Positions 25,116 to 38,931 of a DNA stretch of 64,000 nucleotides are shown in pieces. The notes below the pieces were generated by a model that was not told where the DNA came from, searched no databases, and was given only the letters and a program-made list of their open reading frames with translations. Origin of the DNA: Heteronotia binoei. Taxonomy: Eukaryota. Position numbers and translations under genes: made by a program. Numbering within the stretch: the first letter of the stretch is position 1; each line of letters starts with the position of its first letter. Location: positions 102,052,001 through 102,116,000 of the forward strand of contig NC_083227.1 in assembly GCF_032191835.1 (NCBI RefSeq). The letters are read 5' to 3'.

Positions 25116-25933
25116 TAGGCTTCCCAACCCCCCCACCCTGGTGGGGGACCCCCGAATTTGCAGCCTCCTCCCCCGCTCAAAACAAATCTGGAAGCGGGAG
25201 GGGGGGCGGGGGGGGAGAGAGAACATACGGTACCTGTATGCATCATGTTGTTGTAGAGCTTCTGATCTGTTTTTAAAATGTGTGCCCCTTTAAGGCTGCA
25301 CAGGAAACAGGAAGGGCCTCATGGGAAAGGGTCAATAACAGTTTCCATGGAGAACGGCCCCTCCCTTTCTTTTCCTGTGCAGCCTTGCTTTCGTTTTCAC
25401 AGTAAGCAAAGTTCTGCTGGAAGAAGACCAAGTAAGTATTTGTGTGTGTGAGAGAGGGAAGGGGGATTCCCTGGTATGGAGGCCCTCCCCCCCCCCTTTA
25501 GAAAGCATGGGGGGGAGGGAAATGTCTACTAGGCACTCTATTATTCCCTATGGAAAACGATTCCCATAGGGAATAATAAGGAATTGATCCGTGGGTATTG
25601 GGGGCTCTGGGAGAGCTCTTTTTTTGAGGTAGAGGCACCAGATTTTTAGTATAGCATCTAGTGCCTCTCCCCAAAATACCCCCCAAGTTTCAAAATGATT
25701 GGACCAGAGGGTCCAATTCTATGAGCCCCAAAAGATGGTGCCCCTATCCTTAATTATTTCCTATGGAAGAAAGGCACTTAAAAAGGCATGCCGTCCCTTT
25801 AAATGTGATGGCCAGAACTCCCTTGGAGTTCAATTATGCTTGTCACATCCTTGTTCCTGGCTCCACCCCCAATGTCTCCTGGCTCCGCCCCCAAAGTCCC
25901 CAGATTTTTCTTTAATTGGACTGGGCAACCCTA
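25116..25933. mobile_element. hAT MITE
   Basis: TIR taggcttccca/tgggcaacccta; perfect TSD tttgcaga. Confidence 0.85.
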
Positions 25934-26493
25934 TTTGCAGACTAGTTTAGGTGGAAATATAGGTCACTCAAATGCAGATGGTGCTCAATTCACATGCAAA
26001 GTAGCAAATTGTCAAGTGTAGCATTAATATCTGCATATAGTGAAAGCAATGAAGAAACTGCCTTGTTTGTGTGTGCAATGCAGTGCAAATATTTTAAAAG
26101 GTGGATCTGTCTGGTAAACCTGGGCTATTTATCGGTCTGTTTTAATAATCTCTCCCTATTGATATTGCACTTTAGAAACAGATTGATATAGTCATACTTT
26201 CTCTTGTAATGTTGGATTTGTACCTGCAGGTCTGGTGTTTCTGTTATGGTATATTATATTGCAGGGGGTTATAAATACCTTCATAAATACATACATAAAT
26301 GATTGTGTACATGGTTGTTTTTGTCTTCACTTAAAACTTCGTTTGAGGACACGTGAGAACACTTTTTAATGTTTGAATGTGAACCTTAAGTAATGGTTTA
26401 CATATCTTTTTGAATGCTGGTAAAGTGGTACTTTGTTTCCTTTTTGTAGATTTATTATAAAGCTATACTTTTCATCCAGAACAAAAGGAGGAA

Positions 26494-26509
26494 ATGACAT
26501 TCAGAAAAG
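26494..26509 (+). CDS. GLT8D1: GLT8D1 first coding exon (MTFRK)
   Basis: ATG ACA TTC AGA AAA G|gt, matching MSFRKVNI. Confidence 0.9.
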
Positions 26510-26605
26510 GTATTTTTTCCTTATCATATAGTAAAAAGGTTTTGTTAAAATATGCAAGAGTTGCCTGACTATTGTTGTTCTAACTTCTTTTTTCTTCCAT
26601 TTCAG

Positions 26606-26704
26606 TAAACATTTTCATCCTGGTACTTGCTGTTGTTATATTTCTGTTAGTGCTGCATCACAATATACTAGGTCTCAGTGACCTATTGAAAAGGGAATTG
26701 TCAG
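26606..26704 (+). CDS. GLT8D1: GLT8D1 coding exon (signal-anchor helix)
   Basis: VNIFILVLAVVIFLLVLHHNILGL. Confidence 0.95.
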
Positions 26705-27758
26705 GTATAGTTGCCTTTTGTTTTATGTATACATTTCAGAAACAAAGGATGTTAGAAGATGTGCCATTATATAAAGCTATTTTTTAAATAAACAGATGCA
26801 TTTCCCCTCCAGTGTGAAACACGTTTCACTCAGATATTTTTTGTTTGATTGACGGGTACAGTGAGAGAATGTGGGCCATCTGAATTCTATCCCTGTAGCT
26901 GCTGGTTTATGTGCCTGGTAGGCCTTCCTGCCAGAGGAGGCATAAAGACTGTACCCTTGAAAGGAAGGGATTTGGCTCAAGTGGTGGAATATCTGCTTTA
27001 CTGCAGAAGGTCCAAGGTTCAGTCCTCAGCACTTGTAATTAAAGCAATCTCAGGTAGCAGGTGTTGGGAAAGATGTGCTTTTGTATGAGACCTTGGAGAG
27101 CCACTTTTGTCAGAGGCCACTGTGCTAGACAGGCTGATGGTCTGACATAGTATAAAGAAGTTGCATTTGTCTGTATGCATTAGTTTTGTTCATGTCATCC
27201 CTGTAAACATTTTATTTAAATGGGTCCTGGTAATTATTTTCTCCTTTTTCCCATGTTAAATGGCATGGCACCAGGCATTGCTGGCAAGGGAACAGTCCTT
27301 CTTGCAGGTGGCTTTGTGGCTTTGTTGAGCCATGAATTTAGACCTTAGCTGCTTCACAGAAATGTTATAGCATTTAAAGTAGGGGTTTTTTTTACATTAA
27401 ATTTGATTTTAATCAGTCCATAGTTCTTAAGGGCCATCTAGTCAGTGGGAAACTCTAATCTGGCTATTTTATTAGAGACTGTCATTAAGAAAAGAGAAAA
27501 TACTTGATTTTTCAAATCTGTGGTCTCTTGTATCTTAAGGGAAGTAATAGGAGACGTTAAGAAACTGTGTGAAATGTTAGGTAGGGCATCTTTCTGCCAA
27601 AATAAAACAATTGGAAGTCTTACAGATTTAAATGGCAGAGTTGAATGTATGCTTAACTTTCTTGTTGAAATCAACATGACTTTAAAGTACTTGGTATTGA
27701 CTGGATCTTACGAGAATGTCTTATGTATAACTGTTATATTTCATTCTGTGGTCTGCAG

Positions 27759-27975
27759 ATTCAAGTCCTTTAGGTCTTCAGCCAATAGATTTTATTCCTG
27801 AGGCTCTTCAAAGGTTGATGGATGATCAAAATGACAAAGAAATACCTGTGGTCATTACAGCTTCTGATGACAGGCTTGGGGGTGTAATTGCAGCTATGAA
27901 CAGCATTCACCAAAACACCAAGTCCAATGTGGCATTCCATATTGTCACTTTGAATGATACAGTGGACCATTTGAG
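27759..27975 (+). CDS. GLT8D1: GLT8D1 coding exon
   Basis: EIPVVITASDDRLGGVIAAMNSI...TVDHLR. Confidence 0.96.
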
Positions 27976-29425
27976 GTAAAATGTGTTAACAAAATGTTGC
28001 TAAACTTGGCTACTTTAAGCAAGTAAAGACTACTTCCAGGTTCAGTAGAGTATAATTTAGGGAGGGCTTTTTTCTGGGGGAATGCAGCGGAATGGAGTTC
28101 TGGAACTTCTTTGTGGAAATAAAATTTCCAAAAAAGGTTCATGAGGGACACCCATGTGTTTATCCTTCATTTCCTTCTTAAGAGTTCTGGCACCTTTTTT
28201 TCTAGGAAACCCTGACTGAATTGAGGAAAATATGTTCCTCCTTCTGTCTCTTAATCCTGCAGTCTCAAGAACTAACTGTATAAAGTAACTGTATATATTA
28301 CACAAACAAAAGCCCCCCCGGGGGGGGGGAGAATCCTTTCTTCCCAAGACCATTTATAACATTTGGTATGAATAGACATGATAAAAGAGTTATTAAAAAG
28401 AGAATTACTATGCAGCAACTCCTCATTGTCAACATATTATAGAATTTGCTTTTTAAGGTGCTGAAAGTGAAGGATTCCTTATGTATGAGCATTAGTAATT
28501 TGTATTAGGTTTGTTGCTAGAATTTTTGTCTCCATCCTATGGAATCATAGAATGTGCCAGTGTTGGATTGTGGAGACCTTGATTCAAGTCTGTGTTGGGC
28601 TAGGAAGCTTACTGGGTGGCCATGGTCAGTTACTCTCTTTTAGCCATAATTTATCCTACAGAACTCTTACGAAAATTCAAATGCAAAAACCTCTCATGTG
28701 TTCCTTCCCTGTTTGGAAAAAATGGCGAGATACAAATGTAATAAAATAAATGAGACCTCAAATCTTTTCTTACATCTCAGATTTAATTGCTATTTCACTT
28801 CTCTTGTAGTAAAGCTTATAGCTGAGAAACATAGTCATGGTGGAAAGTATCATTAAGTTGCCTTCAACTTATAACCCCATAGAGTTTTCAAGGCAAGACA
28901 TGTTTGGAGTATTTTATGAAATATTACTATGTAGATGGAAACTGACTGCTACTTCAAAACCACAGACTTATTTTGTTAACCTCCCCGTGGTAGATCCTTC
29001 TGTCGAGTCTTTGCTTGTTTTATGTAGAACTTAAAAGAACTTCGCTGAAAACCAGGCATGAATAATGGTGTGTTTTGCTCTACTAACAGTTCTGATAGTT
29101 AAATGACCTATTTGAAGATTTATTTAACTGGTAATTGTTGTGACATCACCCCACGGGTCGATAATGACCCGGTGCTTGCACAGGGGGACTACTTTTACTT
29201 TTGTTTTTGGAAATACAAGCTCCAGCTTTTGGCCTCATGTCTTTAATAAGCATACTCTAAACAAATTCAGCCATGATGGATCCCATTCCTATTATTTGTG
29301 AAATAAAATCTGAACAAAATGTGATTGGCAGGTTTTTAATTTGAATCCAACTTGCACTCATGCTATAAACTGGCTTAGTTATTTTAAACTACATGTGACA
29401 TTTTATTGCTCTCTACCTTATACAG

Positions 29426-29543
29426 GTCATGGCTTAGTAAAACAAGTCTGAAAAATGTGAAATACCGAATTTTGGATTTTGACCCCCATTTATTGGATGG
29501 GAAAGTAAGGACTGATTCAGAAATGCCAGATTCAGTAAAGCCT
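29426..29543 (+). CDS. GLT8D1: GLT8D1 coding exon
   Basis: SWLSKTSLKNVKYRILDFDPHLLDGKV...KP; cag/gtgagt boundaries. Confidence 0.95.
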
Positions 29544-30029
29544 GTGAGTACTAATTCAGTAATGTTAGTCTGAAAAACCAGAAAATATAACATGCTGGAT
29601 GATTGTTCGTAATTCATGAGTGAATACATATATGGGGGGAAAAAATCTGAACTACAATTCCTAATATGATCAGAGCTCTTCATGAACAGATTCATCTGTT
29701 TAAATATGGGATAACTCTGATAGGAACATTAGGAAGTTCCAGAAGTAATTAAGTTTCAATTTAACCTTAGTAATGGGCAGTAGATACTAGGAGACATTAG
29801 GGAACTAATTTTTGACACACCAAACAGTGCTAAGTAATTAGGTGTTTTTGTTTTGCTGCAAACAGCATATTCTCATGCTGTAATTATGGAACTAGTTCAA
29901 TGTTAGCTTGTTTTTCATTTAGTAGCACTGATCTGAATAACTTCCTAGTGAACTTCTGAACATTGGAAAGCAAAGTGCAAAAATGCTTGCTAAATGAACA
30001 TTACTTTTGTTTTGGTTGTTTCCCTTTAG

Positions 30030-30114
30030 CTAACCTTTGCAAGATTCTACCTGCCTAACTGGGTCCCTAATGCAGAAAAGGCTATTTATTTGGATGATGA
30101 TGTGATTGTGCAAG
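30030..30114 (+). CDS. GLT8D1: GLT8D1 coding exon with the DxD motif
   Basis: LTFARFYLP...KAIYLDDDVIVQ (GT8 family DxD motif). Confidence 0.97.
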
Positions 30115-30388
30115 GTATGAGAACTTTTCTTCTTACATGTAATTTAGATAAAAGGAATTATCTTTCTTGAAACAATTTTATCAGGGGATCTCGTCTAAAA
30201 ATAATGTTTGCTCTCCCAAAGCATATGTTTTCTGTGCTTATTACAGTGCTTTACTAATCCTGATATTTGTACCATCTGAATAATGTATAACTGCAGCAAA
30301 ACTACCACCAGTTTATAAAATAGAGCAAAAGATGCAGCATAAGATTTTTAGGTTTTGAAACATGTTTTTAAAAAAAGTTTTCTTAGAG

Positions 30389-30996
30389 CAGGGGTGTTAA
30401 ACATGCAGTCTAGGGGCTGAATCAGGTCCTGGAGGGCTCCTATCAGGCCCCGAGGAGCTGGTTGTCATCTGCTTCCTTCTCCCTATATCTTGCTTCCTTC
30501 TGCATGTTTGCTTTGTAAGACTTGTTCCATTGTACAGGAGCTACAGAGCAAAACCTCTATTTTCTCTATTGGCTGAGTCTCTTCTTTTGGGGAGGAAGCA
30601 GAGCTTGCTCTGCCAGGCTCTCTCAGTCATAAAGCAAAGCTACTGAGTCAAGCCTCTCTTCCTTCTATTGGCTGAGGCTTCTCCCCCTCCTGGTCCCCTG
30701 GGAAGGAATGAAAGAGCCAGAGCTTCCTTTGCCCAGTTGCCTGGATCCCATGGAAGTACAAAGAAAGCACATTTAAGACCAACATGTGCTAATGTTTTGA
30801 GCATGTTTTAAGTTTGTTTGCTTTTTAAAAAATGTGTGTTTGTCTGTGTCCTTTATAAAGTTTATATCTCTGCTACCTAATCTTAAATAGATACACGCCT
30901 GGCCTGGCCTGACTTGGTCTGGCCCAACCTACATGGCCCGGCCCAATAAGGTCTAATTTATGTCAGATCCGGCCCTCATAACAAGTTCGACACCCA
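30389..30996. mobile_element. hAT-Charlie-like MITE
   Basis: TIR caggggtgttaaac/gttcgacaccca; TSD tcttagag on both sides. Confidence 0.82.
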
Positions 30997-31369
30997 TCTT
31001 AGAGGTTTGAAGAAAGATCTTCCAAAACATTAAAACTGCTTTTTAAAAAAGGAATGGGATAGAATGCAGTTTTCATATTATGATGTATATTGGCAATAGC
31101 CTTAAGTGTACACTGTAAGTCGTGCACACAACTGTCAAAGATGGTAGAGACTCAGGCTTCTTTAGAGCATGCTAGAATGTATTTGACAGACACAATAATG
31201 CATTATTTTCTAATTTAAATGAACTAAGTTTGTACTAGGAAGACTGTACTCGGGATACCCATATCTATCCATATCTAATTTTATTGTAAGGAGCTACTGG
31301 TTCTCCCCTCCTCCATTTTATCTTCTCAACAACCCTGTGAAGTGCATTAAGCTGAAAAAAAGGCTTGAG

Positions 31370-31477
31370 CAGGGCTTTTCTTGTAGCAAAAGCCCAGCAG
31401 GAACTCATTTGCATATTAGACCACACACCCTGACACCAAGCCAGCCGGAACTGCGTTCCTGCTCAAGAAAAGCCCTG
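31370..31477. mobile_element. Short hAT MITE nested in a SINE
   Basis: TIR cagggctttt/aaaagccctg; TSD ggcttgag/agcttgag; relatives at 6388-6510 and 50522-50687. Confidence 0.8.
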
Positions 31478-32120
31478 AGCTTGAGGTCAAGGCATGAACT
31501 TTCACAGCTGTGTGATCTGAATCTGATCCGTTTCACATTCTAACCATTAAGTACTGCCATTCACTGATCTTTGGTATAGCATTTATATAAGGATGCAACC
31601 CCATTTTAGACAAAATTCTCAGTGGCAAATTTGATTGATACAAATTGCTGCTTTAGATTTATTGTTTGTGCTAGCTAGGTTTTTATTGTCTCACATGCTG
31701 TGTCTGGAACTGCTTTGAAAAGTTGTTTTGTCATGTGCCAAGGGCAGATCTTGTTTAAGAACCACATATTTTCTCCATGGAACTACTTTGATACTGGTCT
31801 GTTTTTAACTTAGCATTGATTTATCATATTTATATCCTGCCTTTCCCAAACGGGCTCAAGGCAGCTAACAACAGTTAAAACAACGTAAAAATTAAAAATA
31901 GATATACAATAAAAGTAATTTCAAACAGTTTATAATCCATAAAATTCCAAGATGGGTATTGATATAGTAGCATTGCTTTGAATGGGAATAACTTCCTACT
32001 GAACATCTGAGCATTGAAAAGCATTCTACCAGAAATGTTTGCTAAATTAATTTTTAGCAAATGTGGAGAACCTGGTTTGCCTTTGCTATTTGTTTTTAAC
32101 TTACTTGGCTTTCTTTTCAG

Positions 32121-32233
32121 ATGATATCCTTGAACTTTATAACACTAAACTGCAACCTGGCCATGCAGCTGCATTCTCAGATGATTGTGACTCTACCACA
32201 AACAAGGTTGCAGTTCGTGGAGCAGGAAACCAG
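32121..32233 (+). CDS. GLT8D1: GLT8D1 coding exon
   Basis: DILELYNTKLQPGHAAAFSDDCD...RGAGNQ. Confidence 0.97.
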
Positions 32234-32653
32234 GTGTGCATGCCTTCAAAAGAATGTGAATGATTCAGGCCTGGTATCTTAGAAGCTGTCTCTACTTTTG
32301 TGGTTGTATGTTATTTTGTACTTTTACAGGGCACTTCTTGGTTTTTCAAAAAACATTAAATGAAGGAAGGCACCTATCTCTTTCAGATTCTGATGAGATT
32401 GGAGTCTTAGCTGCCCTTTGGCACACTTTAAAGGCCCAGTGCATAGCTAGCAGGAGTGTAAATTGTCTTGGGATATAAAATGCATGCCAAGGTTACAGCA
32501 TGTCGAGCATCATAACTGGAATACCATTAATACACCACATCAACAGGGTTGTTAATGGTAAAGGGTTATAGATGTAGTTTACTGCCTTGTATATTGAAGA
32601 CATATGCAAAGTAATTTTTAACACAGACCATTGCATTGTTAAAAGTTAAAAAA

Positions 32654-32902
32654 GACCCTGTGGTGCAGCATCGTAAAGATGCAGTACTGCAGTCCAAACT
32701 CTCTGCTCATAACCTGAGTTCAATCCCGGTGGAAGCTGGATTCAGGTAGCTGGCTCATTGACCTTCCACCCTTCTGAGGTTGGTAAAATGAGTACTCAGC
32801 TTGCTGGGGGGGGCGGTGTACATGACTGGGGAAGGCAAAGGCGATATGTCACCCCAGTCAGAAACTACTGGTGCTCGCACAGGGGACTACCTTTACCTTT
32901 TT
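32654..32902 (+). mobile_element. Sauria-type SINE with an internal deletion
   Basis: Reverse-complement similarity to the 40174 copy; tail caggggactacctttaccttt. Confidence 0.8.
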
Positions 32903-33025
32903 AGGCCTAGAAGTATGGAATGTTTTTTAATTACAAAAACTGGACAATGAAACCTTCTGGGTGTCTACAGTGAGAAGACACATGTAAGTAACTGAAATTG
33001 AGATTCAATTTCTGTTTATTTCCAG

Positions 33026-33192
33026 TATAATTACATTGGATTTCTTGATTATAAAAAAGAAGCCATTCGGAAGCTGTCCATGAAAGCAAGTACATGCTCT
33101 TTCAATCCAGGTGTATTTATTGCTAATCTGACTGAATGGAAGATACAGAATGTCACTAAACAACTGGAGAAATGGATGGCACTTAATGTGGT
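33026..33192 (+). CDS. GLT8D1: GLT8D1 coding exon
   Basis: YNYIGFLDYKKE...CSFNPGVFIANLTEWK. Confidence 0.97.
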
Positions 33193-34621
33193 GTGAGTAT
33201 CCCCAGACTTCAATTTCACATCTTGTTAAAAGGGGGTTGAGGTAATTGTATTACAGGCATCCAAAAGTACTGCTCTCATCTTTGATTTAAATAACTGTTA
33301 AAAATCAGCCTTTCCTCCGTTGCTGCTCTTCTATCACATTGTCTCTAAGCTATTTTTTGCATCCTATTTCTGACTGTAAAAGATTTAATGGCTCTTTCTC
33401 CCTCTTGTACCTTAGAACCTTCTGATATCTTATTCCTAATGCCATAAAGGGCTAGTAGAACAGAGTGGCTGAGTGGCTTACGTATGAGTGGGGAAGGTTC
33501 AGATCTCACATGTGCCATGAATCCACCAAGTGGCTTTAGGCAAGCCACTTTGTTAGCCTTAGCTTCCCGGCTGCAATATAACAGTGATCGGTAAAATGAG
33601 TACCCAGCTTGCTGGGGGAAAAGTATAGATGACTGGGGAAGGCAATAGCAAACCACCCCGTAAAAAAGTCTGCCGTGAAAATGTTGTGAAAGCAACATCA
33701 CCCCAGAGTCCAAAACGACTGGTGCTTGCACAGGGGACTACCTTTACCTTTTTAATAATGGATCATTGAAAGATACTGTATGTGAAGCACTTTGGTCACC
33801 TGTTTTGTCTTATACCTGGCTCATGCAAATCACAAGACCTAGAAAACTGGGCCAAATAGATAGGTATCTTTTGCAGCTCCAAAACAGAGGAATATTGCCT
33901 GCTCAATGTAAACCCACTGTGAGTGGAGAGGGTAGGAGCCAGTGGAACAGAGCTGCCTCAGTCTAGTGACTCAGTCACCCCCAAGTATCTTGCTGTCCCC
34001 CATTTTCTGACCAAACACAGCTGTTTCTCCTAAATAAGCATCGCTTTGCACCCAAGCTACCTTCTCCAACTTTGTGGTGGGTTGATTTCCTAGAACTTGT
34101 CCTCCTTTGGCTCCTAGACCTTCTTCCCTCACTTGGATCTAACCTTCATATACATTTGATTCTGGATTTCTTCTGCTGCTCTGGCAATCTTGAGCCTTGT
34201 CTCATTGTGGGGGAAGAGATGCGATTCTCATGGGTAGCTCACTTATAAATGCTGTATTACTGTTTTAGCTTCTCTTACTAGGTGGTCCTCCCGTTTCTGC
34301 TTTATGTTCTGTCCCTATATATTGAGCCTTTGGAGTAGGAAGTAACTGACACTTTTGTGTTGTTAAAGGCTCACATTTGCTGTTACTTCTGTAAACTTGT
34401 AAGAACAAGGCTTTGTTGTTATTCCTGTTTTGGGGAGAGGCCTGAATGAGTATGGTTTATCTGAAGCTATAGAAATTTGTGTTAAAGACAAAACTTGTTC
34501 ATAGCTCAGTTTCTTAGCCATTATATTACTTCTCAATGTGTCCAGTGGGTCACTGAGGAAGTAACTTCAGCATCTTCTCTGAACATCTTCAACTAGCTTA
34601 ACTTTCTTTACTTTTGCCTAG

Positions 34622-34734
34622 AGAGGAGATATACAGTAGGACGCTTGCAGGCAGCATCACCACACCCCCTCTGCTCATTGTGTTTTACAAGAGGCATTCA
34701 AACTTTGATCCCATGTGGAATGTACGCCATCTGG
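34622..34734 (+). CDS. GLT8D1: GLT8D1 coding exon
   Basis: YSRTLAGSITTPPLLIVFY...DPMWNVRHL. Confidence 0.97.
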
Positions 34735-34927
34735 GTAAGTACAGGAGAAAGACATTTGACACAGGAATGGCTGAGATTATACTTCATCTTCTTTACTCCC
34801 ATTTTTCAAAGGTCTTTCAGTGAAATGATGGGGCTGGATTGTAAGTTTTATTTAACATAGTTCCATTTGTATAAAAGCTATCGCAAGACCAAATGTTGAT
34901 TCCTCCCCTTTCTAATCAGTAGAACAA

Positions 34928-35092
34928 AGCAGGAGTCAAGTATCACCTTAAAGACCAACAAAGTTTTATTGAAGTGTGCTTAGAGCACACAGAAGCTTAA
35001 ATTCTGAATAAAATTTTGTTGGTCTTAAAGGTGCAACTTGACTCCTGCTTTGTTCTACTGCTTCAGACCAACATGGCTGCCCATCTGGATCT
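34928..35092. mobile_element. Penelope-like inverted-repeat fragment
   Basis: ttaaagaccaacaaa/tttgttggtcttaaagg arms plus tail gcttcagaccaacatggct; relatives at 1316-1478 and 44905-45016. Family assignment from recall. Confidence 0.55.
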
Positions 35093-35504
35093 TTCTAATC
35101 AGTGTTCTGTACAAAAATCAAAGGGTATTTAATGTAGCCACTTGGAAAGATCAAAGGTTTTTAGTGTGATTGTATCTAACACAAAACAGGATTGTACAAT
35201 TGAGTTTCTAATCCAAGGACTACTTGCAATGATTGTTTCAATGGGATTCAAATCATGGTCTTATTTCTAGACATATTTCATTTAAGAAGCTAGATCCTGA
35301 AGCTCTCATAAGCAGCTTTTCACTTTTTCTGACAAATTGTTCTGAATTTAGGCTTATTTCTTGATTCAAAGTCATTGTATATACAGGACAAGAAGATGCT
35401 AGGCACAAATCACACCTCCTTATGAACTTCCGTGAAGTTTAATGCTTTTAGTCTGATTCAGCAAGACAGTGCTTGAGTTTGCATGCCAGTTCGTTCCACC
35501 GAGA

Positions 35505-35772
35505 GCCAGTTTGGTTGTTGATTGGTGGACTCTAATCTGGAGAACCACATTTGATTCCCCACTCCTCCAACATGCAGCCAGCTGGGTGACCTTGAGTCAG
35601 TCACAGCTGTCTCAGCCCCACCTCCCTCGCAGAGTGTCTGTTGTGGGGAGAGGAAGGGAAGGCAATTGTATGCTGAGACTGTGGGGAGAGGAAGGGAAGG
35701 CAATTGTATGCTGAGATTGAGTCTCCTTTAGGTAGTGAAAAGTGGGGTATAAAAGCCAACTCTTGTTCTTCT
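35505..35772 (+). mobile_element. Squam3-like SINE with an internal ~38-bp tandem duplication
   Basis: Similar to the 8720 and 20731 copies; duplicated tgtggggagaggaagggaaggcaattgtatgctgaga. Confidence 0.75.
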
Positions 35773-35963
35773 ACCCAGTTATTTTGAAGAGAGGAAGCAT
35801 TAATTGTAGTGACAAACTGTGCAACTTGGCAGCAAGTCAAAAATACTGATTTACCCATAACTTTAAAAATCCCCACTACTTTCTACTCTTACTATCATTG
35901 GTATTGGTCTTTGGAATGTGTAGACATTTAAAAGTTCACTGATCACTGTCATTTAATCCAAAG

Positions 35964-36154
35964 GTTCTAGTGCTGGTAAAAGATACTCGCCACAGTTTGT
36001 GAAAGCTGCAAAACTACTCCACTGGAATGGACATTTCAAACCCTGGGGAAGGACAGCATCCTATGCGGAAGTCTGGGAAAAATGGTACATTCCAGACCCT
36101 ACCAACAAATTCAACCTGATCCGGAGGCACACTGATATCTATGAAACAAAGTAA
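35964..36154 (+). CDS. GLT8D1: GLT8D1 last coding exon
   Basis: SSAGKRYSPQFVKAAKLLHWNGHFKPWGR...TK*; total CDS 1119 nt = 372 aa. Confidence 0.97.
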
Positions 36155-37821
36155 ATGGATCTGATACACTTGCATTCTCAGGAAATTTACCAGTCCACTG
36201 AGATCAGCAATACTACATCCATCATTTTGTATTTAAATGGAAAAACTCTTAAATACTTGAAATTGCATGCTTCGAGGAGCTGGCTTTCTGTAAATAATGC
36301 CATTCTAGTGGAGCAGATAGTACCTCCATGAACAAGCATTTTGGAACTTAATAGATTGCTCCTGAATAACCGTCCAAGGCTAAAAGGCATGTGACAAAAT
36401 AAATTCCTGGACAATGGCCACATATCTTGCATGGTAATCTAATATGCTGAAAATCTGTTATCTCTCTTTCTTTTGACTTAACCTGTGAATCTAAGTTAAA
36501 CATCTTCTACTGGTGGATGATCAGTTCAAATCTCTAAATCACATTTAACTGGTGAAAACTTTTATCAGAATTAGGTCTCTTGTGATTAATAAAAAAATAT
36601 TTTATTGATTTGCAAGGTTACCCCAACAATTCTAAAGGAATAATTTTTAAAACTGTGGAAGCAGCTGCTCAAATTTACTAAGAATTTCTTAATTTGAATC
36701 TTTTTTTGTGAATAGTAATTTGTCCTTACTAAACACGTTTGCACATCAGTTAACTCATGTCACATCAATGCATTTGTTTTCTTGATGACAATGTATGCTA
36801 ACTAGTTTATTATTAAATATGCTGACTGAAAATGTAATAAACAATACTGTTTTTTGCACTTCGTGTAATTGAATTTACATAGTTCCTTGAGTTGGAAAAA
36901 GCTAAAATTATTGCACAGAGAATGAGCATTAAGGTTATTTTTTAAATGCTCTCCTGTGAAGATTTTAAATGCCACGGAACCATATATTTTGGAGAGTGGA
37001 GTGATTTCAGATGTCAAATGACAACAGCAGGCATTGGTAATAAGACAGGAAGCCTAGCTCTCAATTTGGTCCAGGAAGAAGTATTGTCTTGACCTTTATT
37101 ATCAATTGCAATTCAGCAGTTTCTCTTTCTAATCTCCCTTTGATATTCTTTTGTAAGAGCGCTGCTACTTTTAGGTCAGCAACTGAATGTTGTGGTTTCT
37201 AATGTCAGATTGCTCATTAATCACTCCACTTATTCTTAGCATCCTCCTGGATGGTTTCCTGTCTCATTACCAATGCTGGTATCTCCACACCTACTACCCC
37301 CTGCATATAACACCTAATCCAACCAAGCCTGCTATTGTCATTCACCTGTTATTACCATATGAAATCACCTTTATAAAGTCTGTATCCCTGGTACTTTTTG
37401 TGTTACATTTTATGGCACACATGGCCTTGCCCAATAAAGTGTCAGATCCAGCCTTCACAACAAATAAGTTCAACACAGCTGCAAAAAAGTAACATACATC
37501 TTCCATAGAAGAAGCTGAAAATTTTATTTCATCCTAATGAGCTTACAACCGATTTTGTCCACTGACCTCCCTGTACATTTCCCTGTTAGCTTGTGCAAGG
37601 TTTACTCCCTTGGAATAAGTATATACCTATTTCAGAACTGAATCTCTTTGACCATGTATGCTTCAAACTTTTCTCTTCAGAGACTGAGTTAATGAATCAT
37701 GGTACAACATGCCTCACTGCTGGAGGGAATCATATCAAGCATCATCAGTTTCAAATTTATGCTGATTGATGAGAAACACATGGATGCAATCTTCTGTAAA
37801 TAATAATGCAATACTCTACAC

Positions 37822-38931
37822 CAGGGTTTCCGAAACTTTCCCCTCCCGTGGCCCAGTTATTTTTACACTTCTCCTTCGTGGCCTACTAAAATTTGGGGGC
37901 AGAGCCAGGAAGTGATGTACAAACATGCTTAAAACTCTTGTAATATTTTGTTTAGGAAAGGTAGGAGAATAGAGGGATTTTGCAATGCAACTTTAAAAAT
38001 AAAACAAAGAAAAAGCACAAGAATCCCACAGCAGAAAACTAAAAATATAGAATGTTCTCAGCCTGGGAAAAATGAAATGACAGGAAGGAAGGGAGAGAGA
38101 GAGGGGGGGGAGAAAGAATGACACAAAGAGAGAAAGACAGTCTGAAAGAAGGAAGGGGGGGGGGAGAGAGAGAGAAAAAGACAGGAGAGAGAGAGAGAGA
38201 AAAACAGCCAGAATGAAAGAAAGAAAGAAAAAGAGTCTGGAAAGAATGACACAGAAAGCCAGAAAAGAAAGAGAAAAAAGAGAAAGACAGCCAGAAGAAA
38301 AGACTGCCTGACAGTAAGAGGGGGGTGGTGGTGGAAAATAAAGCAAATAAGGTTGCCTTCCAGCTCCCTTCCGGACATTGAAATTGACCTGGGATGGGGA
38401 AGGGAGGGAGGAGGGGAAACTAGGCATTTGCTTCCCCCTCCTCCTCTCTCCCCCACCCCAGGTCAATTTCAATGTCAGGAAGGGAGCTGCTCGACTGTCC
38501 CCCCTCCCCCATCACCTGATTCTTCGGGAAAACTGCTGAGCTCACCCAGCCCCATTCTGAAAGGGCTCCACCGTTGCAGAACAGAGCCCCGCTGCTGCCC
38601 CCCCCCCCCCAAGAGACACTGGGAGGAGGCTCGGGAAGCTTCGGCAGCACCGGGCTGATTTGAATCATGCTGAAGGAAGTGAGGGAGGGGCGAAACTCCT
38701 CCTTCAGCCTGCTTTTCCAGCGGCGCTGGGGAAAGGAAGGGAGGGGACAGGTGGTGGCGGCAGCCGAGCCCCGTTATGCTGGGGAGGGGGGCGTGACTGA
38801 GCGGCTCATCGCCGTGCTGCAAGGGCAAGGCCAGCGGGGGGGGGGGGGGGAGTTTTTAGAGGGCAGGGAGTGGTGGCCCAGTTGCAAACAAGCCCCAGAC
38901 CGGGATTAGACCTGGGGTTTGGGAATCCCTG
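37822..38931. mobile_element. hAT-Charlie-like non-autonomous element between GLT8D1 and GNL3
   Basis: TIR cagggtttccgaaac/gtttgggaatccctg; TSD ctctacac/ctctatac; internal GA-rich microsatellite. Confidence 0.82.
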
